Source: Spirochaetota bacterium
GTDB lineage: Bacteria > Spirochaetota > UBA4802 > JAGODF01
Length of the DNA: 64,000 nucleotides
Direction of reading: 5' to 3'
Assembly (NCBI GenBank): GCA_029974015.1
Contig: JARKUF010000009.1
Span: forward strand, 1,167-65,166
A program made the position numbers and the translations under genes. The notes below the pieces were generated by a model. That model had not been told where the DNA came from, ran no database searches, and saw only the letters and a program-made list of their open reading frames with translations. Below, one piece after another: positions 7,161 to 17,699 of this stretch; the stretch's first letter is position 1, and every line of letters starts with the position of its first letter.

Positions 7161-8912
7161 ATGGACCCAATCATTCAGAAGCGCGTGGAAGAATGGACGC
7201 GCCCTCCCTTCGACGAAAACACCATAGGTGAGATAAAGGCCCTTGCAGAGGGAAATAACGTAAAGGAGCTCACTGAGCGCTTCCACGCCACACTTGAATT
7301 CGGCACCGGGGGACTCAGGGGGATACTGGGCGCCGGGACCAATAGAATGAACATTTACACGGTGGGTATGGCGGCCCAGGGGCTTGCGAACTACATAATA
7401 CGCATGGGACGCCAGGACAGCGGCGTCGTCATTGCCTGCGACTCGCGTCGCATGTCGGACCTCTTCCGAGACGAGACCGCCTCCATCATGGCGGGAAACG
7501 GCATCAGGGCCTATGTCTTCGACGACATCACCCCGACGCCCCTTTGCTCATATGCCATACGAAAGCTTAATGCCGTCTCCGGCGTGGTTATCACGGCAAG
7601 CCACAATCCGCCTGAATACAATGGCTTTAAAGCGTATTGGGACGACGGCGGCCAGGTGGTGCCGCCCCATGATAAAGCCATCATCGGCGAGGTGAACGCC
7701 ATCGAGTCCATCGCGCACATAAAAAAGATGGATTTCGAAGAAGGTAAAAAACGCGGACTCATTACCATAATCGGAGATGATATACGCGGCGCCTATCTTG
7801 CCGAGCTCGAAAAAAAGGCCCTGAGAAAGCCCGGCAATTCCGGCATCAAAATAGTCTACTCCCCCCTGCACGGCACTGGGTATCGCATTGTTCCTGAAGT
7901 CCTCTCTCATTTCGGGTTCAAAAATGTTTTCCCGGTAAAGGAACAATCAATTCCGGACGGAAAATTCCCCACTGTGAAATATCCGAACCCCGAAGAGCGG
8001 GCGGCCCTGGAAATGTCCCTGACCCTTGCCCGTGAGACGGGCGCCGACATCATCCTCGCCACGGACCCCGACGCCGACCGAATGGGCGTGGGCTTCCGAG
8101 ACGAAAAAGGCGACTACATCCTCATCAACGGCAACCAGATCGGCACGATGCTGGAGTACTATCTCCTGAAACGCCTCTCCGAAGAAAACCGTCTCCCGGA
8201 AGACGCCGCCGTCATCAAGACAATAGTCACGACGGACCTCCAGGAGGAAATAGCGAAGTCTTTCGGATGCAGGACCGAAAACGTGCTTACGGGCTTCAAA
8301 TGGATTGCCATGAAAATGAAGGAATACGAAGAGAATGGGGGCGGCTCTTTTGTTTTCGGCGGCGAGGAAAGCTACGGATACCTTCCCGTGGACTTCGTGC
8401 GGGACAAGGACGCCGTTAGCGCCTGCTACTTTTTCGCCGAGATGACCGACTGGCTCCAGAGTAAAGGTTTAACGCTGAACGACTTTTTGAATGAAATATA
8501 TCTGAAGCACCACCTCTACCTTGAGGACCTCCACTCCCTCACCCTCAAGGGCCTTGAGGGAATGGAAAAGATAGGCGCCATCATGGACTCCTTTCGCGCA
8601 GCCCCCCCGAAGGAATTCGCGGGAACACCGGTGACCTGCGTCTCCGATATCAAGTCCCTGACAATGAAAGACCTTAAATCGGGCGGAGAGTTCCCAATGG
8701 AAGGCCTGCCGAAATCGGACGTACTCCAGTTTTTCCTTGAGGACGGCGCAAAGATAACCATGCGCCCATCGGGCACGGAACCGAAAATCAAGTTCTATTT
8801 CAGCGTAAAGGAGAAGGTGGACGCCTCCGGCATCGCAGAGGGCAAGCAATCGTTGAAAAAAAAGATCGAAATGTACAGGGCGTCCCTTCTGGAGAAGGTC
8901 CAGGGGCTGTAA
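7161..8912 (+). CDS. pgm: phosphoglucomutase/phosphomannomutase
   Basis: FGTGGLRG, TASHNP, DPDADR, GEESYG and RPSGTEPK motifs. Confidence 0.95.
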   Translation: MDPIIQKRVEEWTRPPFDENTIGEIKALAEGNNVKELTERFHATLEFGTGGLRGILGAGTNRMNIYTVGMAAQGLANYIIRMGRQDSGVVIACDSRRMSDLFRDETASIMAGNGIRAYVFDDITPTPLCSYAIRKLNAVSGVVITASHNPPEYNGFKAYWDDGGQVVPPHDKAIIGEVNAIESIAHIKKMDFEEGKKRGLITIIGDDIRGAYLAELEKKALRKPGNSGIKIVYSPLHGTGYRIVPEVLSHFGFKNVFPVKEQSIPDGKFPTVKYPNPEERAALEMSLTLARETGADIILATDPDADRMGVGFRDEKGDYILINGNQIGTMLEYYLLKRLSEENRLPEDAAVIKTIVTTDLQEEIAKSFGCRTENVLTGFKWIAMKMKEYEENGGGSFVFGGEESYGYLPVDFVRDKDAVSACYFFAEMTDWLQSKGLTLNDFLNEIYLKHHLYLEDLHSLTLKGLEGMEKIGAIMDSFRAAPPKEFAGTPVTCVSDIKSLTMKDLKSGGEFPMEGLPKSDVLQFFLEDGAKITMRPSGTEPKIKFYFSVKEKVDASGIAEGKQSLKKKIEMYRASLLEKVQGL

Positions 8913-8939
8913 AATCGTCAAATTTTCGGCGAGGGAATA

Positions 8940-9389
8940 TTACATCCTTCGTAAAATTTCGTCTTCCTTCTTTCTCATCCTTTCCTCTCCGCGCTTCGAC
9001 TTCTCGTGGTCGTATCCCACAAGATGGAGAAATCCATGCACCAGAAGTCGGCGCACCTCGTCGCGGAAAGACGGCGAGTACTCTTCGTGCTGGATCCACG
9101 CCTGTTCGAGGGAAAGATACACGTCCCCGAGATGCTCCTCCCGCTCCGGAGGCCCGGGGAAGGGGTTGTCGCGATTGGCGAAGGAAATGACGTCCGTGGG
9201 GCTATCTTTTTTCCTGTACCTTTTGTTTATTGGACGTATTGAAGCATTGTCGGTCAAGATCAAAGTAACCCTGGAGTCTTCAAGCCCCAGAAGATAGAGG
9301 GCCCTTTCAGCCGCGTCGCGAAGCTCCCGCTTCTTCAAACCCCGAAAAGGAAAGCGTATATCACCCTCCAGGCATATCTCAATAGTCAT
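8940..9389 (-). CDS. ybeY: rRNA maturation endoribonuclease YbeY
   Basis: PTDVISF and HGFLHLVGYDH motifs; start MTIEI overlaps the upstream gene end. Confidence 0.95.
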   Translation of the reverse strand: MTIEICLEGDIRFPFRGLKKRELRDAAERALYLLGLEDSRVTLILTDNASIRPINKRYRKKDSPTDVISFANRDNPFPGPPEREEHLGDVYLSLEQAWIQHEEYSPSFRDEVRRLLVHGFLHLVGYDHEKSKRGEERMRKKEDEILRRM

Positions 9390-11661
9390 CGTCGTCCTCT
9401 TCCTTCCCCATGACCCGGTCCTCAAGGTCCTCCACCGCTTCCTTCGTCGGATATTCGATGCGGTTATGGTATATGCCGTTGAGGATGCGCAGGAAGGCCC
9501 GCTGTATGCGTTTCAGGTCGGACATGGTGAGGTTTGAGTTTTCCAGCTCTCCCTCGTTAAGCTTGTTGTACACGATCTTGTTAACTAGGCCGCGGAGTTT
9601 ATTTGTCGTGGGTTCCTGTAGAGAGCGCGATGCCGCCTCTATCGCGTCGGCAAGCATAACCACCGCGACTTCCGGCGACGAGGGTTTCGGCCCGGGATAT
9701 TGGAAATCTTTTTTTTCTATGGCGTCACCGGCCCGGGAGGAATCGGAAAGCTCCAGGGCCTGGTGATAAAAATAGGTCATGGTGCTTTCGCCGTGGTGCT
9801 CCCGGATAAAATTTATCACGGAATCGGGAAGGTTTTCCTTTTCCGCGATCCTAACTCCCGTATCGACATGGGAGATAATAAGCTGCGAATACTCCCCGGG
9901 GCTCATAGTGCGGGCCCGCCGGTCTGTGACCTTGTTTTCTATGTACATCCCCGAGTTGGGTATTTTCCCAATATCGTGATAATACCCCCCCACCCGCGCG
10001 AGGAGGTAGTTGGCCCCCACTTCCTTGCATGCCGCTTCGGCCATGGTGGCCACCATGAGGGAGTGATTGTAAGTACCTGGGGCCTTGATGATCATCTTCT
10101 TGAAAATCGGGGCGTTCAGGTCGGAAAGCTCCAGAAGCTTGAACGGCGTGGTAACGCCAAAAACCGATTCGTAGATCGGCAAAATCCCCAGAACCAGGAT
10201 GGCGTTGATGACGCCGTTTGCCAGAGCAAGCCCCGAATTGGCTAAGTTGTCGCCAATCCCAAGCCCCTCGATGAGTCCCAGAGAAAGCGCGACGGCGGCG
10301 TTTATCACGCCGATGATGAGCCCCGTCCGCAGAAAGGACGTGCGCCGCTCGATGTCCCGGGAGAGGAACGCCCCCATCAAGGCCGACGAGAAAGACAAAA
10401 TCAGCGTAGGGGTGGACTCGCCGCTGATGACAAAACCGAAAAAGACAATGTACACTCCGGCGACGAGGGAGATGTATATGTTGTTCAACACCGCAATCAT
10501 CATAGTAGTAAAAGCAACCGGCAGAAAGAGGGCGAAGATCATCTTTGTGCCGGTGATGTTCTCCACGCGGGAGATGAGGAAGGTGTACACCATAAAGAGC
10601 ATAATAAGAGAGAAAACAATGAGAGGCGATTTGGCCTCCGTAAAAATCTGCTCGTAGTAAAAGAGAATAAGATAGGAAAATATCAGAATGAAGAGGGCCT
10701 GGAGGAGGAAAATTCCAAGGACATAGTAGATGTTCCGCGATTGGGTATTCCTGTTTACAATCTGTATTCTATCGTAGATGTCGGAGGTGACAGTCTCCCC
10801 TTCCTGGACGATGCTCTGGCCCCTCTTTAAGGCGGCCATGACGGGCTTCACGGATTTCATCGACTCGTCGATGCGCCGTTTGGTTTCCTCCTGGTTGAAG
10901 GAGAGGTTGGACGTCAGGTTTTGTTCCACAATTTTCCTTACGGCATTGAGCTGTTCCGGCGGGAGGAAGGTCGCAATGGCATGGGTTTTCTTCGGGACCT
11001 CCGGACGGACTTCTCTGAGGGTTTCAAGCTCCTCAAGTTTCATCATCGTCTCGTTCGTTTCCCCGGTGCTGTTGATCGTCCGCACGGACACATTGGTGTT
11101 CTTAATGTTAAGGGGATTGTTGTATGGCTCCTTGAGGATGCCCCGGTCAAAAATATAAACGAGGATTTTGCTGACCACGTTCTTGAGGCGCACGGGGTTG
11201 CGGTCCCTGAGTATTCCCTGGAGGACCTGATCGCTGTAGACCAGATAGCGGGGGAGTTTGGATTTCAGAGCAATAAGCTGAAAGGTGCGGTCCTCGGTGC
11301 CGATGGGGGGGTTCTCTTCCATTACGTCGCGCACATGCCGGAAGAGGGTGTCGACCATTGCAAGGCGCTCCACGAGCACCGACTGGTCCTTGTCAAAAAC
11401 CAGGGGCGATTGTTCCGCCGCCCTGGCCATCTTCCTCCGGGTCTCCGATTCAATCTGATAGCGGATATCATGGATCACCCGGATGTCCTCCCGGGCGATG
11501 TCCCCCACATTGTAGCTGTAGCTCTTGCCGACGATGCTGATTGATAGAAGAACAGTAGAGACCGCAATCACGCAGAGAGTCAGCAGTAACGAAACGCGGA
11601 CGCCCGGCTTCCTGAAAGCCTGGGTGAGACGACGCCTGAAAAATATGAACCCCTTGAGCAT
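9379..11661 (-). CDS. 7TM-HD (HDIG) phosphohydrolase, PgpH-like
   Basis: Extracellular domain, multiple TM helices, APGTYNHS, YYHDIGK, EHHG, YPGPKP and LADAIEAA; conserved phoH-HD-ybeY context. Confidence 0.92.
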   Translation of the reverse strand: MLKGFIFFRRRLTQAFRKPGVRVSLLLTLCVIAVSTVLLSISIVGKSYSYNVGDIAREDIRVIHDIRYQIESETRRKMARAAEQSPLVFDKDQSVLVERLAMVDTLFRHVRDVMEENPPIGTEDRTFQLIALKSKLPRYLVYSDQVLQGILRDRNPVRLKNVVSKILVYIFDRGILKEPYNNPLNIKNTNVSVRTINSTGETNETMMKLEELETLREVRPEVPKKTHAIATFLPPEQLNAVRKIVEQNLTSNLSFNQEETKRRIDESMKSVKPVMAALKRGQSIVQEGETVTSDIYDRIQIVNRNTQSRNIYYVLGIFLLQALFILIFSYLILFYYEQIFTEAKSPLIVFSLIMLFMVYTFLISRVENITGTKMIFALFLPVAFTTMMIAVLNNIYISLVAGVYIVFFGFVISGESTPTLILSFSSALMGAFLSRDIERRTSFLRTGLIIGVINAAVALSLGLIEGLGIGDNLANSGLALANGVINAILVLGILPIYESVFGVTTPFKLLELSDLNAPIFKKMIIKAPGTYNHSLMVATMAEAACKEVGANYLLARVGGYYHDIGKIPNSGMYIENKVTDRRARTMSPGEYSQLIISHVDTGVRIAEKENLPDSVINFIREHHGESTMTYFYHQALELSDSSRAGDAIEKKDFQYPGPKPSSPEVAVVMLADAIEAASRSLQEPTTNKLRGLVNKIVYNKLNEGELENSNLTMSDLKRIQRAFLRILNGIYHNRIEYPTKEAVEDLEDRVMGKEEDDDDY

Positions 11662-11670
11662 GGTCCCCTT

Positions 11671-12639
11671 TTAGCCGTCCTTTTTCGCATGCCGGTCATA
11701 GGCTGCCACTATTTTTTCCACGATGGGGTGCCGGCAGATATCTTCCCGGGCAAAGCGCATAAAGGCGATCTCCTCCACGTCCCGGAGAATGCGCATAGCG
11801 TGGAGAAGCCCTGACTTCGACGGCTTCTCCAAGTCAATTTGCGTCACGTCCCCGGAAATGACAATCCTGGACTCGTTTCCCAGCCTCGTCAAAAACATTT
11901 TCATCTGGGACATCGTCGTATTCTGGGCCTCGTCGAGGATGATATAGGCGCGGTTCAGCGTGCGCCCCCGCATGTACGCCAGGGGCGCAATTTCGATGCT
12001 GCCTTTTTCAATGAGCGATGACACCCGTTCGAAGGGTAAAAGGTCGAACAGCGCGTCGTAAAGCGGACGGAGATAGGGGTTGATCTTCTGGATGAGGTCT
12101 CCCGGAAGGAAGCCGAGGTTTTCTCCGGCCTCCACGGCGGGACGCGTGAGGATGATTCGCTCCACCTTCCCTTTTAGAAACATCTGGAGGCCAACAGCAA
12201 CGGCTAAATATGTCTTACCCGTCCCGGCGGGGCCGATGGAAAAGGTGATCGGATGTGAGTGGATATGGGATATGTACTCCGCCTGGTTCAAAGTCCGGGG
12301 CGCCACCGTGCGCCCCGTTTCAGGAATGACAATCCTAAAGCGATCGATATTCCCGGGCCTCACGTCCTTCCCCGCGGCCACGGTCCTTGCAAGGTACTTC
12401 ACGGCGAAGTCGTCGAAATCCTGGCGCTCTTCGCATCCATCAAGATGGTCGGACATGATGTGAAGGAGCTTCACCGCCGCCTCCGCTTCCTTTGGAGGCC
12501 CGTTCACAATGAGGGTGTTTCCCCGGGGAATGATGGTGACGCCTATCGCCGATTCGATGGTCTTGAGGTTTCGGTCCTTGAAGCCGCACAGACGCCTGTA
12601 CAGCGCGATATCGTCTATTTCGAACCTGTGCTCCTCCAT
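11671..12639 (-). CDS. phoH: PhoH family ATPase
   Basis: GPAGTGKT, RPAVEAGE.LGFLPG, LAYMRGRT and DEAQN motifs. Confidence 0.95.
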   Translation of the reverse strand: MEEHRFEIDDIALYRRLCGFKDRNLKTIESAIGVTIIPRGNTLIVNGPPKEAEAAVKLLHIMSDHLDGCEERQDFDDFAVKYLARTVAAGKDVRPGNIDRFRIVIPETGRTVAPRTLNQAEYISHIHSHPITFSIGPAGTGKTYLAVAVGLQMFLKGKVERIILTRPAVEAGENLGFLPGDLIQKINPYLRPLYDALFDLLPFERVSSLIEKGSIEIAPLAYMRGRTLNRAYIILDEAQNTTMSQMKMFLTRLGNESRIVISGDVTQIDLEKPSKSGLLHAMRILRDVEEIAFMRFAREDICRHPIVEKIVAAYDRHAKKDG

Positions 12640-12640
12640 C

Positions 12641-14419
12641 CTATTTGCCAACCAGGCCGATATTGAGCTCCTTAAGCTGGGCGGGGTCGACCGGCGATGG
12701 GGCTTCGCTCATGAGGCACTGCCCTCTTTGCGTTTTCGGAAAAGCGATGACGTCGCGGATGGAGGCCCTTTTAAGAAGAATCATCATAATCCTGTCAAGG
12801 CCCAGGGCTATGCCGCCGTGGGGGGGCGCGCCGAACTTCAGGGCGTCCAGGAGGAAAGAAAACTTTACCTTCGCTTCCTCCTCGCCAATGCCAAGGACGG
12901 AGAACATCTTCCTCTGGAGGTCCGTATTCGCTATCCTGATGGAACCGCCCCCTATCTCAACGCCGTTGAGGACCACATCGTAGGCCTGGGCCTTGATGTT
13001 TTGTACATTGTCCGGAGTGAGGGCGTCAAGCATATTCACATGGTCCGGCCGCGGCGAGGTGAAGGGATGGTGCGTTGAATAATACCGCCCGTCCTCGGGG
13101 CTGTATTCCAGGAGAGGGAAATCGGTCACCCAGAGGAAATTTAGTTTGTCCTCATCGATCAGCCCCAGGTCCCGCGCCGCTTTCAGGCGGAGATTTCCCA
13201 GGGCGTCATTCACCACGTTTAAGGAATCCGATACTATGAACAGAATGGAATTGTCTTCCGGCTTCATCCTTTCAACGATGGATTTTTTTTCAGCGTCGGA
13301 GAAGTACTTCGCTACGCCTCCTTCAAAAGCGCCGCCGCGGTAACGCGCCCAGGAGAGCCCCCGGGCGCGGTATATCTTCACATACTCGCCGTACTCGTCT
13401 ATCATCTTCCGGGACACGGCGTCTCCGCCCGGCGCCGCAAAAGCCTTGATGGCCCCTTTTGCCTCCAGCGTCGAAGTGAAAACGCCAAACTGCGATTCAC
13501 TGAAAACATCGCTCAGGTCTGAAAGCTCCATGCCGAAACGAAGGTCCGGCGCGTCTTTGCCAAAGCGCGACATCGCCTCGTCGTAGGTGAGCCGCGTGAA
13601 CGGCAGCTCAATTTCCCGGCCCAGGGCCGCCCGGACCATAACCCCAAGCGCCCCTTCGATGATCTCCATCACCATGGAGGCGTCCACAAAGGACATCTCC
13701 AGGTCCACCTGGGTAAACTCGGGCTGACGGTCATTTCGAAGGTCCTCGTCGCGGAAACATTTCACTATCTGAAAATATCTGTCGAAACCCGAAACCATGA
13801 GTATCTGTTTAAAGAGCTGAGGCGATTGGGGAAGGGCGTAGAACATACCTCTGTTGTTGCGGCTCGGCACCAGGAAGTCCCGGGCGCCTTCGGGCGTGGA
13901 TTTGTTAAGCAAAGGAGTCTCTATCTCAATGAACCTTTTTTCAGAAAGATAGTTCCTCACGGCCTGGGACACCCGATGGCGAAGTATCATAGCGTCGCGC
14001 ATAAAAGGACGCCGGAGGTCCATGTATCTGTACCGGAGGCGCAAGTCCTCACCTATGCTTTCGTGGTGGTCGATGGCGAATGGGGGCAGCTCCGACGTGT
14101 TCAATATCTCCACCGACCCGGCTATAATCTCAAACCCGCCCGTGGGAAGATCGGGGTTTATCGTTTCAGCCGAGCGCGTCCCCACGGTCCCCCGGGCGGC
14201 AACGCAGTATTCACTGCGGAGCGCCTCCGCGGTCCTCGCGCACTCATCGCTCGCCTCGGAGGAGTTCACCACGACCTGGGCGACTCCGGTCACGTCACGC
14301 AGCGTAATGAAGGTGATGCCGCCAAGGTCGCGCTTCCTGTCCACCCAGCCATAGAGGACAACTTCCCTTCCGACCAAACCGGCATTCAATTCGCCGCAAT
14401 AGGTCCTGTCCTGGAACAT
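12641..14419 (-). CDS. aspS: aspartate--tRNA ligase
   Basis: STPEGARDF, LPQSPQLFKQ, FRDED, GGGSIR and PPHGG motifs. RDLGG rather than RDHGG hints at a discriminating enzyme. Confidence 0.97.
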   Translation of the reverse strand: MFQDRTYCGELNAGLVGREVVLYGWVDRKRDLGGITFITLRDVTGVAQVVVNSSEASDECARTAEALRSEYCVAARGTVGTRSAETINPDLPTGGFEIIAGSVEILNTSELPPFAIDHHESIGEDLRLRYRYMDLRRPFMRDAMILRHRVSQAVRNYLSEKRFIEIETPLLNKSTPEGARDFLVPSRNNRGMFYALPQSPQLFKQILMVSGFDRYFQIVKCFRDEDLRNDRQPEFTQVDLEMSFVDASMVMEIIEGALGVMVRAALGREIELPFTRLTYDEAMSRFGKDAPDLRFGMELSDLSDVFSESQFGVFTSTLEAKGAIKAFAAPGGDAVSRKMIDEYGEYVKIYRARGLSWARYRGGAFEGGVAKYFSDAEKKSIVERMKPEDNSILFIVSDSLNVVNDALGNLRLKAARDLGLIDEDKLNFLWVTDFPLLEYSPEDGRYYSTHHPFTSPRPDHVNMLDALTPDNVQNIKAQAYDVVLNGVEIGGGSIRIANTDLQRKMFSVLGIGEEEAKVKFSFLLDALKFGAPPHGGIALGLDRIMMILLKRASIRDVIAFPKTQRGQCLMSEAPSPVDPAQLKELNIGLVGK

Positions 14420-14587
14420 GTTCCTTAACCCCTTCTGATATTTCTCATTGAGAACCAATCCCGGCCGGAGGAAAATACTACAGGAAACGTCAGTACGGCG
14501 GTGAAAATTCCGCGCCAGTATCCCGGCCTTCGCCGGTCAGGCACTCAGGTTTTTCCGGAAAGAGTATTTGTCAAGCCGATTTTGCGG

Positions 14588-15997
14588 TCACTCCGCCCCC
14601 GGGGGCGCCGTCGGCTCCGCCGCCAGGGCGCCGGCGTACCGGCGTGACGCGTGCCATCGCCAGAGATAAAACACCGGAACTCCCGCAAGGACCGCCAGAA
14701 GGGCAAACCTCGACGTGTTCGTCCAGGCCAAAAATCCCGCGGCCAGCATGAAGACGGAGATTACGATGAACACGAGGGGCACCAGGGGGTAAAGGGGCAC
14801 CTTGAAGGGCCTGGGTATCTCCGGATGTTTTTTCCTCAGGTAAATAAGGCCGATAACCGTCAGGACCGGGAAGATTCCCAGGGCAAAGCCCATGTACTCC
14901 ATGAGGAGCGTCGAGTTGCCGATGAACACGTAAAAAATCGACAGGACCACCTGAAGGGCGATGGCGAAGGCCGGGGTCCCGAAGCGTTCGCTCACGCTCC
15001 CCAATATGCCGAAGAGCATTCTGTCCTTCGCCATGGCGTAATAGACACGGGGGCCTATCATTATCTCAACCGATATAGACGAAAGAAGGATGAGGGCGAC
15101 GGCGATGGTAAAAAAGCCCGACACGCCGGGCCCGAAGAGGCTCCTGGCCGCCACGGCCCCCACGGCCTTCTGGTTCATCAACTCCGCCCCGGGCGCGGAA
15201 ACGAGAAACACGACATTAAGCAGGAGATAAATCACCGAAGTGACCACCGTTCCCAGGAGAAGCGCCAGCGGAAGGTTTCTTCCGGGATTTTTAATTTCCC
15301 CGGAAAGATACGACGCGCCGTTCCACCCGGCGTAGGAAAACATAATAATGAGAAGCGAAAGGCCCATTACCGGGACGCCTCCCAGAGGTTGCTCCGACGC
15401 GGCCGGATAAACAGTCACGAGGCGGTCAGCCTGACTCCAGTCGGCCATCCAGGCGCCAAAGCCGAGGAAAGATACGATGATGGCGATTTTAACGACCGTG
15501 AGGACGTTTTGAACCACCGTTCCGGTCCTCACTCCAATAATATGTACGCCGCCGAAAAAAAGTATGATAAGGGAAGCCGTTATTTTCTGGTTCATCGGGT
15601 CCGCTAAAAAAAGCGAGAGTGGCGCCTGGCTCCCATAGACATCGTTCAGAAATTGGCGCGTGTATTCAATGACGGTGATGGAGGTGATGGCAACGCAGGC
15701 CGTAAAACCGATTAAAAGCGATATCCATCCCGAGAGGAAGGCGGGAAGAAAACCGAAGGTTTTCTTGAGATAGACGTATTCCCCGCCGACATGGGGCCAC
15801 ATGGCGGCAAGCTCGGCATAACAGAGAGAGCCGGTCACGGCCACAAGGAGGGCCACTCCCCAGAGGGACAGAATAAGGAGGGCATTATGCGTCATGCCGA
15901 GTATTTCACCGGTGGTGATGAATATGCCCGTCCCTATCATGCTTGCCACCACCACCAGGATGGCGGAGGGAAGCCCGAGCTGCCGTTTCAGTTCCAA
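14588..15997 (-). CDS. APC family amino acid permease
   Basis: SMIGTGIF, GGEYVYL and FSYAGW...GEIKNP motifs; about 12 TM. Confidence 0.92.
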   Translation of the reverse strand: MELKRQLGLPSAILVVVASMIGTGIFITTGEILGMTHNALLILSLWGVALLVAVTGSLCYAELAAMWPHVGGEYVYLKKTFGFLPAFLSGWISLLIGFTACVAITSITVIEYTRQFLNDVYGSQAPLSLFLADPMNQKITASLIILFFGGVHIIGVRTGTVVQNVLTVVKIAIIVSFLGFGAWMADWSQADRLVTVYPAASEQPLGGVPVMGLSLLIIMFSYAGWNGASYLSGEIKNPGRNLPLALLLGTVVTSVIYLLLNVVFLVSAPGAELMNQKAVGAVAARSLFGPGVSGFFTIAVALILLSSISVEIMIGPRVYYAMAKDRMLFGILGSVSERFGTPAFAIALQVVLSIFYVFIGNSTLLMEYMGFALGIFPVLTVIGLIYLRKKHPEIPRPFKVPLYPLVPLVFIVISVFMLAAGFLAWTNTSRFALLAVLAGVPVFYLWRWHASRRYAGALAAEPTAPPGAE

Positions 15998-16023
15998 ATA
16001 GATGTACCTTCCAGGTTTTTATA

Positions 16024-16053
16024 GGGAAGCTTAAAAAAAATTTTAAGGCTCCC
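16024..16053. repeat. solo copy of the terminal palindrome of the MITE-like element
   Basis: GGGAAGCTTAAAAAAAATTTTAAGGCTCCC resembles GGGAACCTCAAAAA..TTTTTAGAGGTTCCC; none of the other element sequence is adjacent. Confidence 0.55.
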
Positions 16054-16177
16054 ATAAATAGCGTTCCGGAGAATTTTTTTCACCCAACAGGTGTCGGGCA
16101 CCCGATGGCGGAAATTGGATAAGCATGGTTATATTATCGAAAAAGTCAAGAGTATAATCAAATGGGAATTACAAAAA

Positions 16178-16300
16178 TTTTGCGTGTGATGCGCGTGATG
16201 CATGTGATGTATGTGAAGGCGCGCAAGCGCTTGCGCGCCTTCATACGCAACACGCGCGCATTCATACGCAACACGCACGCCTTCATACGCATCGCGCAAA
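16178..16300. repeat. composite tandem repeat and palindrome
   Basis: 4 x 9-mer GYRYGTGAW (16182-16217), a perfect 30-bp palindrome at 16214-16243, and 3 x 21-mer GCGCGCMTTCATACGCAACAC-like units (16233-16295). Confidence 0.85.
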
Positions 16301-16394
16301 TACGGAAAACTATTTGCGTAAATACCCCATCCCGGGCAATGATGAACGAAAAATCGGCGCAATGCGCGGATTTTTCACGATATCGCAGATAATA

Positions 16395-17699
16395 ATGAGA
16401 CGCTGCTTTACAATAGCCATCATCGTCATATCCTCCTTGGTCTTTTTCGGAACGCCGGACCGCCCCGGCACGCTTCTGGGCGCCGATGAGGCCATACCGG
16501 TAGAGACGGACGCGGGGGAAGAGCTGAAGCTTCGCGTTCTTGAGCTGATGGACAAATACCGCATCATCGGCCTGAATTATCTGGTGGTATCCGGAAACAG
16601 GGAGAAGGGCTATGGCTGTTTCGGCTACTCCGATAAAGAAGAAAAAAAACCGATGAAGCGAACGACGATATTCAGAATTGCCTCGATTTCCAAACCCATC
16701 ACGGCTACTGCGCTCATGCAGTTGGCCCAGAAAAAGAAATGCCGCCTGGATGATGACATCAGCGCTTACCTGGGATATCGCCTGCGCAATCCCTGGCATC
16801 CTCGAAAAGCCATCACCCTCCGCCACCTCCTGACACACAGCTCGGGAATAAGCGATGGGGGACGCTACGATGATTTCCTCCAGGCTTCCTATAGTACGAG
16901 CCCGCCTCCGCTGCGCTCCATCCTTCAAAAAGACGGGATCTATTATAGTAAAAAAACCTGGAAGAGACATGCCCCCGGAAAAAAATTCACCTACTCCAAT
17001 CTCGGCTACGGCATCATAGCCACCATCGTCGAAAGAGTGTCGAAAACGCGGTTCGACCTGTATTGCAAAAAAAACATTTTCTCTCCCCTCGGCATCAAGG
17101 CCAGCTTCAACGTAGACGATTTCGAAGACGTAAACGACTTCGCCGTGCTCTATGCCCATTACAGCGAGGAAGAAAGAAAGCGCGAGGAATATAGCGATAA
17201 AAATGAGTTTGAACCGTCCATGGACGCGTACAGGGGCATTAAGCCGGGACCGAGAGACCTGAGGGGCTTCACGCCCGGGTACAACGCCGTGGTCCATTCA
17301 CCCCAGGGCGGGGTCCGGGCGTCGATTCTCGATCTTGAGCAATTCATGCTGGCGATGATAAATAAGGGGGCCCACAGGAAAGGAAGAATACTCCAGTACT
17401 GGGCGGCCCAATACATGCAGAAGCTACAGTGGTCCGGGTTCCGGCAAAACGGCCTCTTCCGGGAAAACGGGCTCTCCTTTCATATCACGCGCAACCTCGT
17501 GAAAGGAAAGAAGCTCGTAGGGCACAGCGGCCGCGCTTACGGCTTCCAGGGAATGATGTATTTCGACCCGTTGAGGAAAGACGGCATCATCATCCTGATG
17601 AACGGCGGCGATTATTACAGCGGCGAAAAAGGCCCCCTGGAATTCCACCATGTGGAAACCGAACTGTACCGCCTCCTCCACGACGCGCTTCTTCGTTGA
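16395..17699 (+). CDS. exported serine hydrolase, beta-lactamase (class C/AmpC-like) family
   Basis: Signal peptide, SxxK (IASISK), LLTHSSG, YSN and GHSG motifs. Confidence 0.9.
   Translation: MRRCFTIAIIVISSLVFFGTPDRPGTLLGADEAIPVETDAGEELKLRVLELMDKYRIIGLNYLVVSGNREKGYGCFGYSDKEEKKPMKRTTIFRIASISKPITATALMQLAQKKKCRLDDDISAYLGYRLRNPWHPRKAITLRHLLTHSSGISDGGRYDDFLQASYSTSPPPLRSILQKDGIYYSKKTWKRHAPGKKFTYSNLGYGIIATIVERVSKTRFDLYCKKNIFSPLGIKASFNVDDFEDVNDFAVLYAHYSEEERKREEYSDKNEFEPSMDAYRGIKPGPRDLRGFTPGYNAVVHSPQGGVRASILDLEQFMLAMINKGAHRKGRILQYWAAQYMQKLQWSGFRQNGLFRENGLSFHITRNLVKGKKLVGHSGRAYGFQGMMYFDPLRKDGIIILMNGGDYYSGEKGPLEFHHVETELYRLLHDALLR

Noticed and set aside
9379..14419. aspS-phoH-HD-ybeY cluster as a novel system
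   Set aside because: phoH with 7TM-HD and ybeY is a well-known conserved neighbourhood.
14651..15607. Long antisense or alternative-frame ORFs (also 16158-17297, 17424-18944, 22586-23617, 34506-35516, 49494-50603, 58186-59142)
   Set aside because: They are shadows of well-supported genes in GC-rich coding DNA and carry no recognisable motifs.
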